A stretch of DNA of 64,000 nt from Gammaproteobacteria bacterium UBA6940 (GTDB taxonomy: Bacteria; Pseudomonadota; Gammaproteobacteria; Pseudomonadales; UBA6940). Shown here one piece after another: positions 36,948-46,708 of the stretch (its first letter is position 1; each line of letters opens with the position of its first letter). A program made the position numbers and the translations under genes. Where the stretch lies: positions 49,594-113,593 of the forward strand of contig DJZY01000076.1 of NCBI GenBank assembly GCA_002450655.1. Reading direction: 5' to 3'. The notes under the pieces were generated by a model. That model searched no databases and was not told the origin of the DNA. It worked only from the letters and a program-made list of their open reading frames with translations.

Positions 36948-37074
36948 CGCCTGTTTTAGCTGTTAAGTGCTTGTGTACATGTAGAAAATTGTAAAAGTCG
37001 TTTCAAGTGGCTTTTTGATGTTGCTGGTTGGGCTATGCTTATAAGAGTCATAGAATCAAACCGAGGAGTAGGTT

Positions 37075-37716
37075 TTGAACATATCCAAGTTTTATTCGAA
37101 AGTAGGAAGTGTTGCTCTTATTTGTATAGGATTAGGCTTTAGTCATTTTGCACTTGCAGGGCCTCCTTCATCTGAGCGTCAAGCCATGTATTACAGATAC
37201 ACTATGCCTGATGGTAGGACTGAGGTAGGCAGACAAGTGCCTGCATCTGCAGTTGATTTAGGTTATGAAGTGCTTGATAAACGCATGAGGTTGATTCGTA
37301 AAGTGAAACCTGCTCCTACTGCCGAAGAGCTAGCTATGAAGCAGAAGAAAGCGACTCAGCGTGAGTCTGATGAAAAGTTGCTACAAACCTTTGCAACCTC
37401 TCAAGATGCTGAAAGAGCACGTGACCGTAAGATTGCTGCACTTGATGTAATTGTGAATATTTCTAAGGGTAATATTGCCCGTCTAAATCTTGAATATGAA
37501 ACCTTAGCAGCACTTGCTGCAGCAAAGCTCAGAAGAGGGCAAGAAGTACCCGAGCACGTGCAAGTGAATATGAGCAGTATTGAGCGCCAGATTCAAGAAG
37601 CAGAACTGCATATTGAGTCAAAAGAGACAGAAAAGCAGACAATTTACGATAGTTACCAGCCAGATATTGTGCGTCTAAAAGAGCTAGAGGCTGCCACAAG
37701 TCAAGCGGGGCTCTAG
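37075..37716 (+). CDS. secreted DUF4124-like coiled-coil protein
   Basis: Signal peptide (ALICIGLGFSHFALA), then a YYRYTMPDGRTEVGRQVP beta-hairpin motif and a coiled coil. TTG start with GAGGAG upstream. Confidence 0.6.
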   Translation: MNISKFYSKVGSVALICIGLGFSHFALAGPPSSERQAMYYRYTMPDGRTEVGRQVPASAVDLGYEVLDKRMRLIRKVKPAPTAEELAMKQKKATQRESDEKLLQTFATSQDAERARDRKIAALDVIVNISKGNIARLNLEYETLAALAAAKLRRGQEVPEHVQVNMSSIERQIQEAELHIESKETEKQTIYDSYQPDIVRLKELEAATSQAGL

Positions 37717-37737
37717 GCCAATTTTTCAGTGTATTTT

Positions 37738-37758
37738 TGAGGGCGCTAAGCCCTTTTT
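37738..37758 (+). terminator. weak intrinsic terminator after the DUF4124-like gene
   Basis: GAGGGC-gctaa-GCCCTT with a T6 tract. The stem is short. Confidence 0.4.
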
Positions 37759-37873
37759 TATTGCTTTAAAATCAGGGCTCTAAGCCTCTTTTATTCCTGC
37801 TTGACGTTTTTTTCAATAAGCAGCCTAGTTCAATATTTATTGTATAAAAATTGTAGATCGCAAATATTAAAAT

Positions 37874-37910
37874 AAATGGCGAATTTTAAGTTCAAAAACG
37901 CCATTTTTTT
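37874..37910 (+). terminator. orphan terminator-like hairpin inside a 549-bp intergenic region
   Basis: AAATGGCG-17 nt-CGCCATTT followed by T7. No annotated ORF ends here. Confidence 0.5.
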
Positions 37911-38265
37911 AGTATTATTGAGCTTTTTTTATACATTTTGACTTCCAATAACGCATTAAGTGCTCATTATCATTGGTATTATGCTGATTTCCATCTATAG
38001 CCATTTTTTGACGTTTGTTTTATAATCTCTTAACGCGAAAAACTGTGCACTTTTTTGGTGCTAGTGTATTTAATTTTCACAAACACTTGCGTTATTCCAG
38101 TTCATTTTGGATTATATGGAGGCTCGTTGGGGCATCACTATATTCAGAAAGGTCTAAGCGTTGATTTAGTGTCGGAGTGCACATTTCATCGAACTCTTTT
38201 GTAGAGCGCTTTTCTGGCATTGTATAGCAGCCGTCCAACAATAATTTCAATTTCATAACGAGGCT

Positions 38266-39210
38266 ATGTTTATGCCAAGACCTACTTACTTTGGGGCGAT
38301 TGAAGCCGGCGGAACCAAGTTTAATTGTGCGTTTGGATTAAACCATGAAGCTATTTTAGAGCAGAAAAGGATTGCTACGGTTCATCCTGATGATACATTA
38401 CGCGAAGTAGAAGCTTTCTTTGATTACTGCGTTGAGAAGTATGGTCCAATGCAATCCATGGGTATTGCTTGTTTTGGTCCTGTAGATCTTACTAAGTCTT
38501 CAGAAACCTATGGCTATGTTATTAATACACCTAAGCCTAACTGGTCTTTCACACCGATTGTGCCACGTTTAGAAAAGCGTTACGGTTGCCCAATTGGTTT
38601 TGATCTTGATGTTAACGGTTCTGCCCTGGGTGAAATGCGCTTTGGTGCTGGTCGTGGTCTTGAGAACGTTGCTTATGTCACTATCGGCACAGGTATTGGT
38701 GTTGGCGTTATTGCTAACGGTAAGTCTTTGAATGGTTTACTTCACCCAGAATTTGGCCATATTTCTCTTCATAAGCTTGAAGGCGAGCCAGATGGTGTTT
38801 GTAAATTCCATAAGAACTGTGCAGAAGGCCTTGCTTGTGGTCCAGCAATTGAAAAGCGTTGGGGCGCGCCTGCAGAAACATTTCCAATCGATCATCAAAT
38901 GTGGAAGAGCCAAGCGTATTACACAGCTGCACTGTGTAATGCAATTACGCTTGCATACTCGCCACAGCGTATCATTCTTGGCGGTGGTGTGATGACTCAA
39001 CCACATCTGTTAGCTGCAATCCGTAAGGAATTCGAAGTTCAGCTAAACGGTTATGTACCTGCTATTTCACGCAGTGGTTGTGTTGAAAGCTATATAGTAA
39101 CGCCAGAGCTTGATAATATGTCTGGTATTGCTGGTGCTTTTGTTATTGCAAAAGAGTCGGCGACTAATGCCGTATCTCAAAGTCGCGAGAATGATTTAGC
39201 TGCTGTTTAA
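38266..39210 (+). CDS. ROK-family fructokinase
   Basis: GAIEAGGTKFNCAFG ATP-binding N-terminus, TIGTGIGVG and the ROK zinc motif HPEFGHISL...CKFHKNCAEGLACG. Confidence 0.8.
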   Translation: MFMPRPTYFGAIEAGGTKFNCAFGLNHEAILEQKRIATVHPDDTLREVEAFFDYCVEKYGPMQSMGIACFGPVDLTKSSETYGYVINTPKPNWSFTPIVPRLEKRYGCPIGFDLDVNGSALGEMRFGAGRGLENVAYVTIGTGIGVGVIANGKSLNGLLHPEFGHISLHKLEGEPDGVCKFHKNCAEGLACGPAIEKRWGAPAETFPIDHQMWKSQAYYTAALCNAITLAYSPQRIILGGGVMTQPHLLAAIRKEFEVQLNGYVPAISRSGCVESYIVTPELDNMSGIAGAFVIAKESATNAVSQSRENDLAAV

Positions 39211-39253
39211 GGTAGCTTATAGCGACAGCAACGAGAGTTGCATTTATCAGATG

Positions 39254-39285
39254 AAGAGCGCATTCTAAATTAATGCGCTCTTTTT
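39254..39285 (+). terminator. intrinsic terminator after the fructokinase gene
   Basis: AAGAGCGCATT-ctaaatt-AATGCGCTCTT followed by TTT. Confidence 0.75.
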
Positions 39286-39357
39286 AGTTGAGCTCAAAAA
39301 AAGCTGAGCCCCTCGGGCGCGTTATCTAAAACTCAACACTGACAAGGACTCTGTCTG

Positions 39358-40290
39358 ATGCAACTACCACAAACACTTCTCATCGATATTCCTCAGGACT
39401 TAAAAGATCTTTCTGATGAACAGCATAAAGTATTAGCGGAATGTCTTCGTGCTACTTTAGAGCTTGGTGTTCGCTTCAATAGTAAAGTCATTTTATTTTC
39501 CCATGTCTATGCACTTGGAGCAGCTTTAGATACTTGGCTTCAAGGGAGTCTATTGCATAATGCTCGAGAAGACTTAGTTGAACAACAGCAAGTGCTTCTC
39601 AATAAACTTGTATCAGGGCTTGATGCAAAGGGGCTTACTCTGGAAACGAAAGTTGTTTGGGGGAAGCATTTAGATGACGCTCTTGTAAGTGCTTATGGTG
39701 ATAATCTACCAGACTTAGTCATCCAGCCAAGTCAGCATCATTTATTTGCTGCTTCGATTATTCGTCAGCCGAATGAATGGCGTATGATTCGCATGCCAAA
39801 AGTACCAGTCATTTTACAACAAAAGGCAAATGCATTAAGAGGGCGAGTCTTGCTTACTGTTGATGTTGGAGAGCTGGAAGAAACACAAGAATCGAACTTA
39901 GCTGCTATTCGTAAGGCAAAAAAGTGGTGTGAAATGACGGATTCTGAGCTTCATATTATCAATGCATTTCCAAGTGTTGCTGATTTAATGGCTTTTGCTC
40001 CAGCTGAATGGACTGTTCCTCAAATTCAATCAACACTGAAAGAGCAGCATTCAGAAAGATTAAAAAAACTTGCAATGGATGCAGGCTTACTCCCAGATCG
40101 TGCTCATGTTGCCGAAGGGCAAGTTGCCCAGGTGGTTGACCACTTTGCCGAAGAGCTTGATGCTAATTTGGTCATGATTTCAAGTCATTGCCGTAAAGGT
40201 ATGCAGGGCTTTTTTATTGGGAATACAGCAGAAATTGTCCTTGAACAAACCAAATGTAATTTATTGGTTCTCAAGCCACTTGAAGAGTAG
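39358..40290 (+). CDS. tandem-domain universal stress protein (UspE-like)
   Basis: Two Usp-like halves. The C-terminus LVMISSHCRKGMQGFFIGNTAEIVLEQTKCNLLVLKP is typical of the family. Confidence 0.75.
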   Translation: MQLPQTLLIDIPQDLKDLSDEQHKVLAECLRATLELGVRFNSKVILFSHVYALGAALDTWLQGSLLHNAREDLVEQQQVLLNKLVSGLDAKGLTLETKVVWGKHLDDALVSAYGDNLPDLVIQPSQHHLFAASIIRQPNEWRMIRMPKVPVILQQKANALRGRVLLTVDVGELEETQESNLAAIRKAKKWCEMTDSELHIINAFPSVADLMAFAPAEWTVPQIQSTLKEQHSERLKKLAMDAGLLPDRAHVAEGQVAQVVDHFAEELDANLVMISSHCRKGMQGFFIGNTAEIVLEQTKCNLLVLKPLEE

Positions 40291-40863
40291 GTCTTTATCT
40301 TCATTAATCATTTGAATATCTTCTACTGCACCACCTTTATCAGGGTGGTGTACCTTAGCAAGTCGTCGATAGGCTTTTTTAATAGCCATTGCTGTGGTTG
40401 GTGGTGAAATCTCAAAACGATCAAATGCAGCTTGCAGACGATAGGGTTGATGAAACCCTGCCTGTGCAAAAGACATGAGTTGTTGAATTTGCTGTTCTGA
40501 AGTCTCGAATAAAGGCCGCCAGTCCATATAATACTCAACGAGCGGATCTATCTGCTCAATACCCTTGCTTTGTTCTGTTATGGGCAGGGCTGGCATTTCT
40601 GGCTTGAATTCAATATTGAGTGTATGAATATCGAGCCATCCTTTCTTTGTCATAAGAAGGTGTTGGTGAAAGTAATATAATTGGTGAAATACAAAAAAGT
40701 GAGTTCGAAATAATCCTAGTGTGGATGAGAGGGCGCTTTCTGGTAACCAGTTTTGTTCTTGCCAAGCCCTAATAATTTGAAACTCTTTAAGCACCTGCTT
40801 TTCATTAATCAGCTTTTCTTCCAGCCATTGATGAAGTTGTTGAGGGCGTAGGTGAATAAACAT
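40261..40863 (-). CDS. DnaJ-related protein (C-terminal J domain)
   Basis: AIKKAYRRLAKVHHPDKGG (HPD motif) at the C-terminus. The 3' end overlaps the convergent Usp gene by 30 nt. Confidence 0.7.
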   Translation of the reverse strand: MFIHLRPQQLHQWLEEKLINEKQVLKEFQIIRAWQEQNWLPESALSSTLGLFRTHFFVFHQLYYFHQHLLMTKKGWLDIHTLNIEFKPEMPALPITEQSKGIEQIDPLVEYYMDWRPLFETSEQQIQQLMSFAQAGFHQPYRLQAAFDRFEISPPTTAMAIKKAYRRLAKVHHPDKGGAVEDIQMINEDKDLLFKWLENQ

Positions 40864-40910
40864 GGCTTTCCTCGTGTGATGATGAAGAAAGCCGTATTTT
40901 TATAAGATTC

Positions 40911-42593
40911 TTATAGCTTCTCAGTAGGAATAAGAATGGAATCGAAGGCTTCTTCAAGCTCTTGTGGATAGTCAGTTGTAAAGTGTAGACCACGGCTTTC
41001 TTTTCTCAGTTTAGCGCATTCAACAATAAGCTGAGCAACAGTGACTAAATTACGAAGCTCAAGGAGGTCGTTTGATACTTTATAGTGGCTGTAATACTCT
41101 TGAATTTCCTGTTGAAGAAGTTGGATTCGTCTTGCAGCGCGAGCAAGGCGTTTATCTGTTCTTACAATGCCAACATAGTCCCACATTAATCGACGAAGTT
41201 CATGCCAGTTATGAGTGATAACAACGTTTTCATCAGAGTCGTCAACTTGTGATTCATCCCATGCAGGTAGTTTGAAGTTTTTTGCTTTGAGTGCTGGTAG
41301 TGTTTCAGCTTCGTATTGAGATGCGATATCTTTCGCTGCAGAAAACGCGAGAGCGAAACACTCTAGTAGGGAGTTACTTGCCATACGGTTTGCACCGTGC
41401 AAGCCTGTTGATGCTGTTTCACCAATGGCGTAAAGACCTGGTAGGTCTGTAGAGCCTGCTAAGTCCGTTACGACGCCACCACAGGTATAGTGAGCTGCTG
41501 GAACTACAGGAATAGGTTCTTTTGTTATATCAAGATCAACCTCAAGGCACTTCTTATAGATCATTGGAAAGTGACTTTTAATAAAGTCTTCGCCACGATG
41601 AGTGATGTCAAGGTACAGACAGTCAACACCCAATCGCTTCATTTCATGGTCAATTGCACGAGCAACTACATCACGAGGTGCAAGTTCAAGTTGAGGGTGG
41701 AAGCGGTGCATAAAGCGTTCGCCATTTGGTAAAAGCAAGTGACCACCTTCGCCACGAACGGCTTCAGATATTAAGAATGAGCGCATTTTTGGATGGAAGA
41801 GGCTTGTTGGATGAAACTGCATGAATTCCATATTGGCAACACGACACTTAGCTCGCCATGCCATTGCTATACCGTCGCCTGTTGCAACTTCAGGGTTGCT
41901 TGTGTAGAGGTAGGTTTTACTTGCGCCGCCAGTAGCCAACACGACAGCATTTGCTTTGACTGTTTCTACATGGTTTTCAGCTTGATTATAAACATAAGCA
42001 CCACAGCAATGATCATCCTTTTGACCTGTAATAGGTTTTGCACGAATAAGATCAACAGCAGTGCGGTGGGATAGTAGTTTGATGTTCTTACGTGTTTGAA
42101 CTGTTTTGGCAAGCACTTGCCAAATTGCTACACCTGTTGCGTCCGCCGCATGAATAATTCGTCTATGGCTATGGCCACCTTCTTGAGTAAGATGGAGGCT
42201 GGATAGGTCATTACTTACTGAGGTGCCAGGTGTTGCTGTATTACGTGTAAACGGGACCCCTAATTCATCAAGCCATTGAATAATGCCGGGGCCAGATTCA
42301 ACAATCGCCTGGACTACGTCTTCTTTACAAAGACCGCCACCACAAATCAGGGTGTCTTGTACATGGGCATCTAGTGAGTCAGTATCATCTATTACAGCAG
42401 CGATGCCGCCTTGAGCATAAAATGTGCTTGCTTCTGTGATATCTGCTTTACTCAGAATAACAACAGAAAGGTGTTCAGGAAGTTTGAGAGCGCAGCTAAG
42501 GCCTGCAGCTCCACTGCCAATAATGAGAACATCGCACTGGTGGCTACTTTGATCGAGATTGCTATTTGTGTTTAGTTGTGTTATTCCAGTCAT
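40911..42593 (-). CDS. nadB: L-aspartate oxidase NadB
   Basis: [16 protein letters not shown] motif plus AQGGIAA, HPTSL and RGEGG motifs. Divergent from rpoE, as in E. coli. Confidence 0.95.
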   Translation of the reverse strand: MTGITQLNTNSNLDQSSHQCDVLIIGSGAAGLSCALKLPEHLSVVILSKADITEASTFYAQGGIAAVIDDTDSLDAHVQDTLICGGGLCKEDVVQAIVESGPGIIQWLDELGVPFTRNTATPGTSVSNDLSSLHLTQEGGHSHRRIIHAADATGVAIWQVLAKTVQTRKNIKLLSHRTAVDLIRAKPITGQKDDHCCGAYVYNQAENHVETVKANAVVLATGGASKTYLYTSNPEVATGDGIAMAWRAKCRVANMEFMQFHPTSLFHPKMRSFLISEAVRGEGGHLLLPNGERFMHRFHPQLELAPRDVVARAIDHEMKRLGVDCLYLDITHRGEDFIKSHFPMIYKKCLEVDLDITKEPIPVVPAAHYTCGGVVTDLAGSTDLPGLYAIGETASTGLHGANRMASNSLLECFALAFSAAKDIASQYEAETLPALKAKNFKLPAWDESQVDDSDENVVITHNWHELRRLMWDYVGIVRTDKRLARAARRIQLLQQEIQEYYSHYKVSNDLLELRNLVTVAQLIVECAKLRKESRGLHFTTDYPQELEEAFDSILIPTEKL

Positions 42594-42652
42594 GTCATAT
42601 CCATTGCAAGTCAGTGAAGGTGAACTTATTCACCTATCTTCGGTGTCTTTTT

Positions 42653-42680
42653 GGAACTTTATACCAGGATTGCATTCTAA
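42653..42680 (+). promoter_or_regulatory. sigmaE-dependent (autoregulatory) promoter of rpoE
   Basis: GGAACTT (42653-42659), a 16-nt spacer, then TCTAA (42676-42680). This matches the sigmaE consensus GGAACTT-N16-TCNAA. Confidence 0.7.
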
Positions 42681-42912
42681 CCCAGAACAAGGCGATTCGC
42701 TTACACAAGTTTTGGTGTTTAATCATTGATTGCTATCGATAGAAATGAATATCACACAAAACCAGTTGTATGCGAGTTAAATGATGCAATAAATGCTGGG
42801 AATATTTCAGCAGTTGTTGTTGGCGTTTCGGAACCGTTGCTTAAATTGCTTATTTAAGCATCATCCTATTCACTTGATATTGTAAATCAAGTGATAAACT
42901 CTGGGGTGGAGT

Positions 42913-43629
42913 ATGAATTCAACTGATTCTCAAAATACTAAACGAAGTAAGGCGAAGTCGACGGGGGAAGATAGCTCGTTCAACAGCCAAGCTCAGAATG
43001 TGATACCTCTAAGGAGTAAAGCCTCCGTGCCTCAAAAAGATATTGATATGGCTCTTGTTACTAGGGCTCAGTCTGGCGATTACCAAGCATTTGATATGCT
43101 TGTCAAAAAATACCAGCACAGGCTATTGGCATTGGCGCAGCGTTTTGTTGGTGATGCCGATGAAGCAATGGATGTCGTACAAGACAGTTTTATCAAAGTA
43201 TATAAAGCATTAGGTCGTTTCCGTGGTGAAAGTGCCTTCTATACTTGGATTTACAGAATTACGGTTAATACCGCAAAGAATTTTCTGGCAAGCCGCCAGC
43301 GTCGTCCTCAGGGGGTTGATGTTGATCTTGAAGAGCTTGAATCTTCTGCTCATGCAGGGCAGGCCCTCCATGAGGTGTCCACACCTGAATCTGAAGCGTA
43401 CCGTGATGAGCTTGAAGCAGTTGTTATGAATGCTATTGATGGGCTATCTCACGATTTACGTACTGCTTTAGTGCTTCGTGAATTTGAAGGGCTAAGCTAT
43501 GAAGATATAGCTGTTATCATGGAGTGTCCAATTGGTACAGTAAGGTCACGTATTTTTAGAGCTCGTGACGCAGTCGATGAAAAAATTAAACTCGCTTCTG
43601 GTCAAAAAGAAGAGTCATTGCAAGTCTAA
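42913..43629 (+). CDS. rpoE: ECF sigma factor RpoE (sigma-24) with about 45-aa N-terminal extension
   Basis: LVTRAQSGDYQAFDMLVKKYQHRL, DVVQDSFIKVYKAL, FYTWIYRITVNTAKN, and region 4 VLREFEGLSYEDIA...GTVRSRIFRAR. Confidence 0.9.
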   Translation: MNSTDSQNTKRSKAKSTGEDSSFNSQAQNVIPLRSKASVPQKDIDMALVTRAQSGDYQAFDMLVKKYQHRLLALAQRFVGDADEAMDVVQDSFIKVYKALGRFRGESAFYTWIYRITVNTAKNFLASRQRRPQGVDVDLEELESSAHAGQALHEVSTPESEAYRDELEAVVMNAIDGLSHDLRTALVLREFEGLSYEDIAVIMECPIGTVRSRIFRARDAVDEKIKLASGQKEESLQV

Positions 43630-43868
43630 AAAGAAGCTGGAGTAGCTAGAGTAAGCTAATGCTGAGCAGTTCTAGTAGCTGTAGACCTGTTCAGATCAAA
43701 ATTCAAACTTTTTTATCGTGAAATTGTCGATGATTCGCAACTAATTAATCGATAAGCAGTCTAAATTTACAATAGGGTATGAGGAGCAGGGTTATCAATC
43801 AGTACGACAGTTTCTGCTGAAGATAAGTCTGGTAGTCGAGTATGAATTCGAACATTTAAGGGCAAGAT

Positions 43869-44654
43869 ATGACGGGCAATCAATTTAATGTAAGTCAAGA
43901 AGACTTACAACTCTTATCAGCAATGTTGGATGGTGAAATTAGTGATCAAGAGCTTGATCACCTTTTAGATCGTATGGCTCATGAGCCAGCTCTTGGTCAA
44001 GCTTGGTCACGCTTATCTCAAATTCAAGCCGCAACTCATCATCAAGCTCAAGCAGGTCTTGATATTGATTTGAGTCAAGGTATTGCAGCTAAACTTGCAA
44101 AAGAAGAGATTGAGCAAACGCCAACACCTGTTATTCCATTTCCGGAGAAGTTTGCACAGCAAGAACAGAAATCGAATTCTAATGTGCACCAGTTTGATTT
44201 AAGCGCTAAGTTAAAAGCTCAGCTTTCACCTGATGCAGAAAAGAAGCAGGCGAGCGTTGCTCACGCTGTTTCACAAGTGATTGAAAAATCGAGCCCTGCT
44301 AAAGTGAGTAAGCTCAAAGGTAAGAGCTTTGGCAAGCAGTTGCTTGCTCATATTGCCGTAGCAGCATCTGTTGCAAGCATTACAGTATGGGTTCAAAGTG
44401 ATTTTATGAATACTGAGCAGCAGCTTGTGCAGCAAGAAACTCAAGTAGAAGCAAATCCAGCGACTGGAGTGCTGCCGGCTTCTATCGTAGCTAACGGTGT
44501 TCAAGATGAGCCAAAGGCGACTTTTGAGACTGTTGGTAACAAACCATCTCAGCTTCGAGTTGACTGGTCTGTAGGCGACTCAAATTTTGATATTATTGGT
44601 ACACAGCAACTAACACGTAACCATAATATTATGAAGGCATCAGCAGAGCAATAA
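43869..44654 (+). CDS. rseA: anti-sigmaE factor, RseA/MucA-like
   Basis: N-terminal RseA_N pattern LSAMLDGEISDQELDHLL...AWSRLSQIQ, plus a central TM segment (LLAHIAVAASVASITVWV). Confidence 0.7.
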   Translation: MTGNQFNVSQEDLQLLSAMLDGEISDQELDHLLDRMAHEPALGQAWSRLSQIQAATHHQAQAGLDIDLSQGIAAKLAKEEIEQTPTPVIPFPEKFAQQEQKSNSNVHQFDLSAKLKAQLSPDAEKKQASVAHAVSQVIEKSSPAKVSKLKGKSFGKQLLAHIAVAASVASITVWVQSDFMNTEQQLVQQETQVEANPATGVLPASIVANGVQDEPKATFETVGNKPSQLRVDWSVGDSNFDIIGTQQLTRNHNIMKASAEQ

Positions 44655-44685
44655 TTCTGCTGAAAGCCCTTAATCTGATTGCCCG

Positions 44686-44722
44686 AAAGGTTTCGTTGAA
44701 GTAGATTCGACGAAACCTTTTT
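44686..44722 (+). terminator. strong intrinsic terminator after rseA
   Basis: 13-bp stem (AAAGGTTTCGTTG / CGACGAAACCTTT, with one G-U pair), 9-nt loop and a T-tract. Confidence 0.8.
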
Positions 44723-44775
44723 CTGTTTATAAGCCTCTCTTTCTTTATTTTTTGGGCAAGCCCTGGATTTTTTCA

Positions 44776-44784
44776 TGGTATACT
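44776..44784 (+). promoter_or_regulatory. possible extended -10 promoter for lepA
   Basis: TGgTATACT about 80 nt upstream of the lepA GTG. No good -35 element. Confidence 0.35.
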
Positions 44785-44863
44785 CTCACACCAAAAGAGG
44801 TCGAAGGATATCCAGAGAGGCGTTCTTTCTGATCAGTATTCATTAGCATATAAGAGATATTGT

Positions 44864-46666
44864 GTGACTGAAATTCAACATATTCGAAATTTTTCCATTA
44901 TTGCCCACATTGACCATGGTAAATCCACGCTGTCCGACCGTTTAATTCAAATTTGCGGTGGCTTAACTGAGCGTGAGCTTAAAGAGCAAGTGCTTGACTC
45001 GATGGAGATTGAGCGCGAAAGAGGCATCACAATCAAAGCTCAGAGTGTAACTCTTGATTATAAAGCTCAAGATGGCAATACCTATCAGCTTAACTTCATT
45101 GATACTCCTGGCCACGTTGACTTTTCTTATGAAGTATCGCGATCCCTTGCTGCTTGTGAAGGCGCACTTCTCGTTGTTGATGCTGCTCAAGGTGTTGAGG
45201 CTCAGTCTGTTGCAAACTGCTACACAGCTATCGATCAAGGTCTTGAAGTTGTTCCTGTTCTTAATAAGATTGATTTGCCATCAGCAGACCCAGATAAAGT
45301 AATCAATGAAATTGGTGACATTATTGGTATTGATGCTAAAGATGCCACAAAGGTAAGTGCTAAAACTGGTGTAGGTGTAGATGAGCTATTAGAAGTGCTT
45401 GTTAAGTCTATTCCTGCACCTGAAGGAAATCGTGATGGTGCGCTACAAGCATTAATCATTGACTCTTGGTTTGATAACTACCAAGGCGTTGTGTCTCTCA
45501 TTCGTGTTATACATGGCGAGATTCGCAAGGGCGATAAGGTCATAATGAAGTCTACAGGTCAAGTGCATTCTATTGACCAGGTTGGTATCTTTACGCCAAA
45601 ACAAAATGCAACTGGTGTATTGAAGGCTGGTGAAGTTGGTTACATCATTGCTGGTATCAAAGATATTTATGGTGCTCCTGTTGGTGATACTGTCGTTCAT
45701 GCTAAAGGTGGCGCTGACGTTGCAGCTTTGCCAGGCTTTAAAAAAGTACAACCGCAGGTTTATGCCGGTCTATTCCCAGTCTCTTCCGATGACTATGAAG
45801 ACTTCCGTGAAGCGCTCGCTAAATTAACATTAAATGATGCATCATTGTTCTATGAGCCAGAGTCATCTGATGCACTTGGTTTTGGTTTCCGTTGTGGCTT
45901 CCTTGGTCTTCTTCATATGGAGATTATTCAAGAACGTCTTGAGCGTGAATATGATCTTGATCTTATTACGACAGCCCCAACTGTAATCTATGAAGTAGAG
46001 CAGACAGATGGTTCTATCATTTATGTTGATAACCCTTCATCTCTACCGCCAACAAATAAAGTAAACGAATACCGAGAGCCAATTGCTGATGTCAATATTC
46101 TTGTACCACAAGATTATCTTGGCAATGTTATTCAGCTTTGTGTTGAGCGTCGTGGTGTTCAGAAAAACATGCAATTCACAGGCTCTCAAGTATCTTTAAG
46201 CTACGACATCCCAATGAACGAAGTTGTGATGGACTTTTTCGATCGTTTGAAGTCTTGCAGTCGTGGTTATGCATCCCTTGATTATCAATTCCTACGCTTT
46301 GAAGCCAGTAAAATGAGCCTTGTTGAAGTGCTTATAAATGGTGAAAAAGTTGACGCGTTAGCAATGATTTGCCATGTTGATCATGCTGTACAACGTGGTC
46401 GTAGTGTACTTGAAAAAATGAAAGATTTGATTCCACGTCAAATGTTTGAAGTTGCGCTACAAGCTGCAATTGGTTCAAAAATTATTGCCCGAGAAACTGT
46501 AAAGGCGCTTCGTAAAAACGTAACTGCTAAGTGCTATGGCGGCGATGCTTCTCGTAAGCGTAAGCTTCTAGAGAAACAAAAAGCTGGTAAAAAACGAATG
46601 AAGCAAGTAGGACGCGTGGAAATTCCACAAGAAGCTTTCCTTGCAGTTTTGAAAGCTGACAAATAA
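44864..46666 (+). CDS. lepA: elongation factor 4 (LepA)
   Basis: [29 protein letters not shown] and NKIDLP, with LepA C-terminal domain conservation. GTG start. Confidence 0.97.
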   Translation: MTEIQHIRNFSIIAHIDHGKSTLSDRLIQICGGLTERELKEQVLDSMEIERERGITIKAQSVTLDYKAQDGNTYQLNFIDTPGHVDFSYEVSRSLAACEGALLVVDAAQGVEAQSVANCYTAIDQGLEVVPVLNKIDLPSADPDKVINEIGDIIGIDAKDATKVSAKTGVGVDELLEVLVKSIPAPEGNRDGALQALIIDSWFDNYQGVVSLIRVIHGEIRKGDKVIMKSTGQVHSIDQVGIFTPKQNATGVLKAGEVGYIIAGIKDIYGAPVGDTVVHAKGGADVAALPGFKKVQPQVYAGLFPVSSDDYEDFREALAKLTLNDASLFYEPESSDALGFGFRCGFLGLLHMEIIQERLEREYDLDLITTAPTVIYEVEQTDGSIIYVDNPSSLPPTNKVNEYREPIADVNILVPQDYLGNVIQLCVERRGVQKNMQFTGSQVSLSYDIPMNEVVMDFFDRLKSCSRGYASLDYQFLRFEASKMSLVEVLINGEKVDALAMICHVDHAVQRGRSVLEKMKDLIPRQMFEVALQAAIGSKIIARETVKALRKNVTAKCYGGDASRKRKLLEKQKAGKKRMKQVGRVEIPQEAFLAVLKADK

Positions 46667-46674
46667 TAAAGCAT

Positions 46675-46692
46675 TGCCCCTCATGAGGGGCA
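46675..46692. repeat. perfect 18-nt palindrome between lepA and lepB
   Basis: TGCCCCTCATGAGGGGCA. A GC-rich hairpin with no T-tract. Confidence 0.6.
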
Positions 46693-46708
46693 GGGCTAAA
46701 GGAAAGTT

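Noticed and set aside
38008-38026. TTGACG and TATAAT hexamers that look like a perfect sigma70 promoter
   Set aside because: The spacer between them is only 7 nt, which is incompatible with sigma70 geometry.
42620-42648. Second sigmaE-like element TGAACTT-N16-TGTCT just upstream of the good sigmaE promoter
   Set aside because: The -10 part (TGTCT) deviates from TCNAA at key positions, so only the 42653-42680 element is convincing.
43630-43868. Possible small gene in the rpoE-rseA gap (for example the 20-codon ORF from ATG 43659)
   Set aside because: It is too short, has no RBS and is low-complexity (Ser run). The gap is kept as non-coding and flagged in the sigmaE finding.
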